Below, piece by piece: positions 59,001 through 64,000 of a stretch of 64,000 bases of DNA. Positions within the stretch are counted from its first letter, which is position 1, and every line of letters begins with the position of its first letter. Origin of the DNA: an uncultured candidate division Zixibacteria bacterium (GTDB lineage Bacteria > Zixibacteria > MSB-5A5 > GN15 > FEB-12). Location of the stretch: positions 2,336,001 through 2,400,000 of the forward strand of contig OY760907.1 of assembly GCA_963664195.1 (NCBI GenBank), in the 5' to 3' direction. The notes under the pieces were generated by a model. That model saw nothing but the letters and a program-made list of their open reading frames with translations. It was not told where the DNA came from and searched no databases. The translations under genes were made by a program, and so were the position numbers.

Positions 59001-59759
59001 ATTGGTGATCCAATTGATCTCTTTGTCGAGGACCTCCTTCGGCAACCGGTATTCCGGGATACCGTAGCGAAGCATACCGCCGAGATGGGGGAGAGCTTCG
59101 AAGATAGTCGGACGGTAGCCGTCGAGTACAAGGTAGTATGCCGCCGTGAGTCCGGCCGGACCACCACCAACAATAGCTACCTGCACGCCGTTGTCCGGCT
59201 TTGTTTCCGGTTGCCACATATCGCCGATCATGTCCTGGTCGGCGGCGTAGCGCTTCAGGAAGTCGATGCCTACCGCGCTGTCAGCCATCGTGCGACGGCA
59301 GTTCAGTTCGCACTTGCGTGTGCAGACGCGTCCGCAAACCGATGGCAGCGGGTTTTTCTCTTTTATCAGCTCCACGGCTTCTTTGAACTTGCCGAGATTG
59401 ATCAGCGACATATAACCCTGAATGTCTATGTCTGCGGGACAATGTAGTCGGCAGGGGCCGAAACAGTCCGCGTAGTGATCTGAAAGGAGCAACTCAAGAC
59501 AGGTTTTGCGTGAGCGTTTGACCTTGTCCGAGCGTGTATGAATCACCATGCCTTCAGCAACTTTGGTCGAGCAGGAGGGGAACAGACGTGTCTGGCCCTC
59601 GACTTCGACCACACAGAGGAAGCAGGAGCCAAACGGTGGCAGCTTCTCATCGTAGCAGAGTGTCGGGATCTGGTCCAGATTCTGTTCATGACACACCTGC
59701 AGGATAGTCTTGCTGGGATCGGCGGTGATTTTCTGTCCGTTTATTGTAAGCGTTATCAT
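56031..59759 (-). CDS. Fused NuoG-type Fe-S / GltD(NfnB)-like FAD-NADPH / molybdopterin-oxidoreductase-fold subunit (StnC-like)
   Basis: MITLTING..IPTLC..CFLCVVE; CGRVC; VGGGPAGL; VGGGNTAID, YRR; CIRCGKC, CVSCGNC; CNYCSVGC..LCAKGRFG; ADVFLP. Confidence 0.88.
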   Translation of the reverse strand: MITLTINGQKITADPSKTILQVCHEQNLDQIPTLCYDEKLPPFGSCFLCVVEVEGQTRLFPSCSTKVAEGMVIHTRSDKVKRSRKTCLELLLSDHYADCFGPCRLHCPADIDIQGYMSLINLGKFKEAVELIKEKNPLPSVCGRVCTRKCELNCRRTMADSAVGIDFLKRYAADQDMIGDMWQPETKPDNGVQVAIVGGGPAGLTAAYYLVLDGYRPTIFEALPHLGGMLRYGIPEYRLPKEVLDKEINWITNLGVEVKLNTRLGRDFTIDDLYRQGFKSVFVGLGAQVGKPMRVENEEADGVLSGVEFLQQAEMKTNPPMTGRIVVVGGGNTAIDAARTSLRLGADEVVLLYRRTRKEMPANNVEIDAADEEGIKMEFLAAPVMVNTDENGRMKSISAIRMELGEPDDSGRRRPVKIEGSEYEIECNYVISAIGQEPDLAGVDSDENIKLTRWKTIEARDKTFETDRPGVFSGGDVVTGPADAIDAIAAGRMAARAIDKYIQTGVAEPLIDRFESKRDAFHKLTPEDLPDLYKEHRHGMPELEAADRIRTFDEVELGYTDKDAVAESMRCAECGCDVGLACILQDYCTEYGVDQTRFVGAFNRYKVDTRHPFVKIDSNKCIRCGKCVSTCSEILNVSALGFVNRGFRTIIKPAMEKALQDTNCVSCGNCIDVCPTGALVEKMPFRRSGPWKMDSVFNVCNYCSVGCNLTLKVKTDDIFYVVGASPEEGPNYGELCAKGRFGYQHYLDGSRAKKPMVRRDGKLVETTWDEAFAAIDSGLKRIREAHKSDSVFVAASPKLTDEELYLAGRFGRAALGTNNLMSFQQLTNGADYAALDGMLGTTAATVGIDEVNSADLYLFLGGNPTKDNPVLGWQMKRRMRHGTEAVVINSAAIDMTQYANVWADARRGTSTVLINGIIGEIIRRSKVNKAFLDSSTVNSELVLDALSKTDLDEVSSITGVSVEAINKTVDLLCDPDKKIVAWYNFDSRIDRAAGDLQALTTLMMVLGKLGDGSGLALMTSQCNHSGMRLAGFGSKRIPGGSTSANEGMLDKVGSVWKTDLRAMIQNDTGSVRRKIREDKLRAGFIFGENPAKAAEFGGFVDNLEFLVVGDQFVTETAQMADVFLPLSNYLETSGHLTNWAGERQQTNPIGAPVTGISTADIILRLAEISGNAIHLADSAEVADELTYLIRMHSECRYGGFATTDGKAHFVQYTDRVATTSSEVTLVLESDARFAARTENLNI

Positions 59760-59766
59760 GACAGCC

Positions 59767-61524
59767 TCAATCCTTGGTGATGGAGTCAAAGCGGCAGACG
59801 GTGAAGCACTTGCCGCATTTGATACACAGGTCCTGATCGACAGTATGCATCTTCTTCTTCTCACCGCTGATTGCATTTGTCGGACAGGCTTTCGCGCACA
59901 CCGTACAGCCGGTGCAGTTGTCATTGACGGTATAAGTCAACAGCGACTGGCAGACGTGGGCAGGACACTTCTTGTCCTTGATATGTGCCACGTACTCGTC
60001 GCGGAAGTATTTCAACGTTGTCAGCACAGGGTTGGGGGCTCCCTGGCCCAGACCGCAAAGAGAGCTTTCCTTTATCTGGTGGCCGAGCTCTTCCAGGTTG
60101 TCGAGGTCCTGCATGGTGCCCTCTCCGACGCTGATTCGTTCGAGAATCTCCAGCATGCGCTTGGTACCGATCCGGCAGAACGTGCACTTGCCACAGGATT
60201 CTTCCTGCGTGAACGTCAGGAAGAACTTGGCCACGTCAACCATGCACGTGGTCTCGTCCATCACGATCAGGCCGCCGGAGCCCATGATAGCGCCGGTCTT
60301 GTTAATGTGCTGATAGTCGATCGGAATATCGCACATCTCGGCCGGAATACAGCCGCCGGAAGGACCGCCCATTTGCACGGCCTTGAATTCCTTGTCGTCA
60401 ATGATTCCGCCACAGATGTCGAAAATCACGGACTTGATCGGAATGCCCATCGGCACCTCAACCAGACCCGCGCGTCGGACTTTGCCGGCCATGGCGAACA
60501 CCTTGGTGCCCTTGCTGTCCTCGTTGCCGTAGGCGGCATAGGCAGCAGCGCCGTGGTTGATGATCCAGGGAACGTTGGCATAGGTCTCTACGTTGTTTAT
60601 ATTGGTCGGCTTGGCCCAGAGACCGGATACCGCCGGGAACGGCGGGCGAAATCTCGGCATACCGCGCTTGCCCTCGATGGAGGCCATCAGTGCCGTCTCT
60701 TCACCACATACAAATGCGCCGGCACCTTCTTTGATCTTGATGTCAAAGTCGAATCCGGAGCCAAGGATGTCCTTGCCCAGGAACCCTCTCTTGTGTGCCT
60801 GAGCGATGGCTTGGCGAAGCCGCGCGATTGCCTTCGGATACTCAGCCCGGCAGTAGATGTAACCGAGTCCAGCACCGATAGCGTATCCGGCGATGACCAT
60901 GCCCTCAAGCATGGCGTGCGGGTCGGACTCAAGAACCGAGCGATCCATGAACGCACCGGGATCGCCCTCGTCTGCGTTACAGATGATGTACTTAATGTCG
61001 CCCTTGGAGGCGCGACAGAATTTCCATTTGGTTCCGGTCGGGAATCCACCGCCGCCACGACCGCGAAGGCCGGAGGCGAGAACTTCCTCGACGACCTCAT
61101 CCGGGCTCATCTCCTTCAGGGCCTTGGCCAGACCTTCGTACCCCTGCTGGGCGATGTATTCATCTATCGAACCGGGGTCGATAAGTCCGGCATTACGAAG
61201 GACGATTCGAGTCTGGTTCTCGAAGAACCCCACTTCTCTTCCTTCGCCGGTAACAAGCCATTCATCGATAGGTCCGTTGCCGACAATGTCTTCTTCAACG
61301 ATACGTCCGACGCGATCCGGAGTAACTTCGCCGTACAGCCGTCGCCCGCCGTTGCCGTCGGTCACTTCGACCAGAACCTCACGGTAGCACATACCGATAC
61401 AGCCGGTTTCTTTGAGGTCGAAGGTATTGGGACGCTCGTTGAGTTCTTCCTGGAAGGCCTTGAAGACATGCTCTCCGCCAGCGGAGGTGCCGCAAGTGCC
61501 CAGTCCTACTGTGACAGTTTTCAT
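59767..61524 (-). CDS. NuoF/HydB-like FMN- and NAD-binding subunit with extra Fe-S domains (StnB-like)
   Basis: SGLRGRGGGGFPTG, NADEGDPGAFMDR, GAFVCGEETAL, GGPSGG, ESCGKCTFCR, C-terminal 2x[4Fe-4S]. Confidence 0.93.
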   Translation of the reverse strand: MKTVTVGLGTCGTSAGGEHVFKAFQEELNERPNTFDLKETGCIGMCYREVLVEVTDGNGGRRLYGEVTPDRVGRIVEEDIVGNGPIDEWLVTGEGREVGFFENQTRIVLRNAGLIDPGSIDEYIAQQGYEGLAKALKEMSPDEVVEEVLASGLRGRGGGGFPTGTKWKFCRASKGDIKYIICNADEGDPGAFMDRSVLESDPHAMLEGMVIAGYAIGAGLGYIYCRAEYPKAIARLRQAIAQAHKRGFLGKDILGSGFDFDIKIKEGAGAFVCGEETALMASIEGKRGMPRFRPPFPAVSGLWAKPTNINNVETYANVPWIINHGAAAYAAYGNEDSKGTKVFAMAGKVRRAGLVEVPMGIPIKSVIFDICGGIIDDKEFKAVQMGGPSGGCIPAEMCDIPIDYQHINKTGAIMGSGGLIVMDETTCMVDVAKFFLTFTQEESCGKCTFCRIGTKRMLEILERISVGEGTMQDLDNLEELGHQIKESSLCGLGQGAPNPVLTTLKYFRDEYVAHIKDKKCPAHVCQSLLTYTVNDNCTGCTVCAKACPTNAISGEKKKMHTVDQDLCIKCGKCFTVCRFDSITKD

Positions 61525-61532
61525 GCGCGCCC

Positions 61533-62039
61533 TTACTCCTTGTCCTGCTCTGATTCCTCTTTGGCCTTCCGCTTATACCGCTTGATGATCTTCCGCAGTT
61601 TGGTGGAGGTCAGGCGGCCAAAGGTTTCATCGTCTATGAGGATGACGGGAGCCAGCGAGCAGCAGCCGATACAGGCTACCGACAACAACGAAAAGCTGCC
61701 GTCATCGCTGGTCTCTTCGTAGTCGATGTTCAATTCATCGTTAATGGTGTCGAACACCATCTTCGCCCCGTTTACGTGACAGGCGGTGCCGTTGCATACT
61801 CTGATCACGTGCTTACCAAGGGGCTTCGTGCGGAACTGGGCGTAGAACGTTACCACGCCGTAGATGTCTGCCGAAGGAATGCCGGTCACGTGACTTATAT
61901 AGTCAATTGTCTTTTCAGATATGTAGCCGTACGTCTCCTGTGCCGACTGCAACAGCGGGATCAAGGCTCCCGGGTCGCCTTCGTGTTTCCACAGGTCGGT
62001 AGTGAAGCTGCTCATAGGTTCGCCTGGTGTCTGTGCCAT
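61533..62039 (-). CDS. NuoE/HydC-like 2Fe-2S subunit (StnA-like)
   Basis: GVVTFYAQF, CNGTACHV, CIGCCSLAP; start chosen from AAGGAG spacing. Confidence 0.92.
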   Translation of the reverse strand: MAQTPGEPMSSFTTDLWKHEGDPGALIPLLQSAQETYGYISEKTIDYISHVTGIPSADIYGVVTFYAQFRTKPLGKHVIRVCNGTACHVNGAKMVFDTINDELNIDYEETSDDGSFSLLSVACIGCCSLAPVILIDDETFGRLTSTKLRKIIKRYKRKAKEESEQDKE

Positions 62040-62044
62040 CTGCA

Positions 62045-62545
62045 TCACTCCTTACTCAGACTACTGCTTAAGATTCGGTCCTGCTTGAGTCGGAGTAAAC
62101 CGTCAACAGGGGTGATCTTCCGGCTGATTATGCGGTCAACCTCATCGAACGTCTCACCACGCACAACCGCAACCAGATCGCAGAGACCTTCGGTGGTGTC
62201 GCAGGAGAGAACACCGTCGATGTCAGAGACAGTTGCCAGGACGGCATCCCGTTTCTCTTCTTCGGTCTCGGCCAGTATGTAGGCGTGGCAGAATTCGGGA
62301 TCGAGTGGCCCGGTGTTGTCGGTACCTTTCACGATCCGGCATTCGGCAGTCTCCGCGACACCGCCGAGCGCTCCGATCGTCTCAAGCGCGGCAGCCGATC
62401 CGTCGCTCATCCGGAAGGCCAGTTGGAAGTTGCCTTCGAGGGCGTCCCAACGTGCCAGACCGTCGAGCTTCTCGATCTGCCCGGGAGCTTTTTCCAAGTT
62501 CTGCCGATCGGAAAAGCGGACGAAAATGTATGTTCCGTCTGTCAC
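62045..62545 (-). CDS. Tandem Lrp/AsnC ligand-binding-domain protein without HTH
   Basis: Two ferredoxin-like repeats (YIFVR..LEGNFQLAF; AYILAE..TEGLCDLVAVV..ITPVDGL). Confidence 0.7.
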   Translation of the reverse strand: MTDGTYIFVRFSDRQNLEKAPGQIEKLDGLARWDALEGNFQLAFRMSDGSAAALETIGALGGVAETAECRIVKGTDNTGPLDPEFCHAYILAETEEEKRDAVLATVSDIDGVLSCDTTEGLCDLVAVVRGETFDEVDRIISRKITPVDGLLRLKQDRILSSSLSKE

Positions 62546-62652
62546 TGCTATCTCCTCGGATTGTTAACTATAAAGGGGGGAATGGATTGGGGTATCTGAA
62601 GTCGAGTCCGCGCGCTATCGGGCGCGGCGACAAAACAACTCGCAATTGGCAC

Positions 62653-62670
62653 TTGTGACCTCATTCACAC
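62653..62670. promoter_or_regulatory. Rex/CRP-type palindromic site
   Basis: TTGTGA-CCTCAT-TCACAC between the predicted promoter and first gene of the redox operon. Confidence 0.55.
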
Positions 62671-62727
62671 TATCCTCATACAAGGCGAAATACTTCATAG
62701 TACCGCCAACTCCAGACACAAGGGCAG

Positions 62728-62756
62728 AACATACACTGTAAGTCGCTTCCTGTCAA
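62728..62756 (-). promoter_or_regulatory. Putative sigma70 promoter of the oxidoreductase operon
   Basis: Minus strand TTGACA-N17-TATGTT. Confidence 0.55.
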
Positions 62757-62854
62757 CACATTCGGGATTCTGGCGGAGGTTTTAATACTGTACCATAGGG
62801 TACTGTTTTTGTCGTGTTTAATGCGTGGGCGTTTAAGTTGTTATGTCCTTTGAA

Positions 62855-63613
62855 CTACCACGGAATACGAGACAATCTGGAGCTTTTTGGGGTAGATGTC
62901 TGGTGTCTGAGTAGCTGCGTCATCATTCGCGGTGCGACATCCACTTGATACGGTACGCCGTCCGTCCCCGGGTGGGACAGAAAAGACGTGCAATAGACTT
63001 GGAGCTTGGCAGGTTTCCGGCTGGCAGACAGATCGAAGTAGCGCTTTCGCACCCATCGCCGTCCGAAGAAGCTTGCTGTAAGGAAGACGAGTAATCCTGA
63101 GGTCATGAACAACATAAGCGGCCACCGTTTTGCCACAGACAGAGTTACGTCAAGTGCCTCCATCTCACGGACGCCAGTGAGATTGACAGCGAGGGTACAG
63201 GGAGTGTGAATGTCGAACGTAGCTACAGAGACGCCTCTCCGGTCATCATGCTCATAGCTCCAGAGTCCTGTGGTGGGCTCGACCTCGATCGGACCGACAG
63301 AACTCGTCAACACCAGCCCATTCCGAAGCATGTGAAATACCTCGTCGTTCAATACGGCGCGCGAGTCGGAACCCGAGCAGCAGTATTCGTAGTAGGCTAT
63401 GTAGGCGCCTGTGCCGTCGATGATGATCTCATCCGACTTGGCAAGGCTGACACGATTGTCGGGAACGGGGTCCCCGAAGACAAGGTGAAACAATCCCCCG
63501 AACAAGTAGGCAGCAATGGCCCCCACGAGAATGCCGAGGACGGAACAAGTCACGCTTCTTAACCACTTATTAGCTTCCTTCTTCAGGGAATCTTCTATCC
63601 TTTTGAGGACCAT
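62855..63613 (-). CDS. Hypothetical membrane protein (two TM helices flanking a beta-rich domain)
   Basis: ATG after GGAG; two hydrophobic segments; no family recognised. Confidence 0.6.
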   Translation of the reverse strand: MVLKRIEDSLKKEANKWLRSVTCSVLGILVGAIAAYLFGGLFHLVFGDPVPDNRVSLAKSDEIIIDGTGAYIAYYEYCCSGSDSRAVLNDEVFHMLRNGLVLTSSVGPIEVEPTTGLWSYEHDDRRGVSVATFDIHTPCTLAVNLTGVREMEALDVTLSVAKRWPLMLFMTSGLLVFLTASFFGRRWVRKRYFDLSASRKPAKLQVYCTSFLSHPGTDGVPYQVDVAPRMMTQLLRHQTSTPKSSRLSRIPW

Positions 63614-63742
63614 GGTTTGTCTCCGGCTTGATCTGTCAATGGCTTACTACTCCGGCCTACTTGTGTTCCCACGTCTACTCCTCCTCGTTCGACGTGTCAA
63701 GAACAAAGACTAGTTTCACTACTAACAGTTTTGCGGTAACTG

Positions 63743-63875
63743 CATGAGGTCTCGGGCAGGGCGAGACCTCATGGGGTTGTCCCAAAACATGCCGGGCTGG
63801 GGCAGACGGCAAGCCTCTGCCGCCCACAAGCCACCACTCCAGTACCCCGCCCGTCCTCGGGAAGGATGTGGGGTC
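63743..63875. repeat. Cluster of intergenic hairpins (REP-like)
   Basis: Perfect stem CATGAGGTCTCG/CGAGACCTCATG (63743-63773), GGCAGA..TCTGCC (63801-63821) and an imperfect CCCC..GGGG stem near 63845-63873. Confidence 0.45.
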
Positions 63876-64000
63876 AACGCCTCAAAACCTAAACGACACT
63901 CGCAGCATCATCGGCGCACTGCCAACAGTCGGGTCATCGGGAGGTTCGAGATCGTCATCAAACGAGTAAAACAGAGTTGCTACCAGTGTTCCGGCGATTG

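Noticed and set aside
56031..59759. Selenocysteine formate dehydrogenase or [FeFe]-hydrogenase
   Set aside because: No in-frame TGA, no Cys/Sec-His Mo ligand motif and no H-cluster motifs.
59710..61722. 670-aa + strand ORF
   Set aside because: Antisense shadow of the conserved NuoF/NuoE-like genes; no recognisable motifs, as expected with strong GC codon bias.
1..64000. CRISPR arrays, tRNA/rRNA genes, IS or prophage
   Set aside because: No regularly spaced repeats, cloverleafs, transposase or integrase motifs were seen by manual reading.

Overview
Gene-dense, GC-rich bacterial chromosomal window. I saw no rRNA, tRNA, CRISPR array or transposase. The gene repertoire suggests an anaerobic FCB-group-related, Zixibacteria-like organism that lives on protein; this taxonomy is inferred, not verified. 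Left part: large secreted modular proteins, namely a LamG/Ig protein with a T9SS/FlgD-type tail, a frameshifted gingipain-like C25 peptidase and a papain-family C1 peptidase. The two peptidases end in near-identical Cys-bracketed dockerins. Also here: a DUF3857-transglutaminase pair, DUF1028, a spermidine-synthase-like membrane protein, Tex, a DEAD-box helicase, cysK/cysE and an S9 peptidase. Middle: a five-gene trans-envelope cluster (Ser/Thr kinase, two CsgG/FlgO-like TPR proteins, beta-barrel, cohesin-like/LRR lipoprotein), an iorAB-buk-ptb-ptb amino-acid fermentation operon and a non-pyrrolysine MttB/corrinoid/homocysteine methyltransferase operon. Right part: a damaged response regulator, an ~870 bp regulatory region with a candidate leader ORF, a TonB-receptor/CTD-cargo/PorV-like triad and a NuoE/NuoF/(NuoG-GltD) complex resembling Sporomusa-type Nfn (StnABC). 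Best candidates for undescribed systems: a dockerin-cohesin 'peptidosome', the kinase-CsgG-barrel-LRR envelope module and the TBDR-cargo-PorV triad. All family calls come from motif recognition by eye; no database searches were run.
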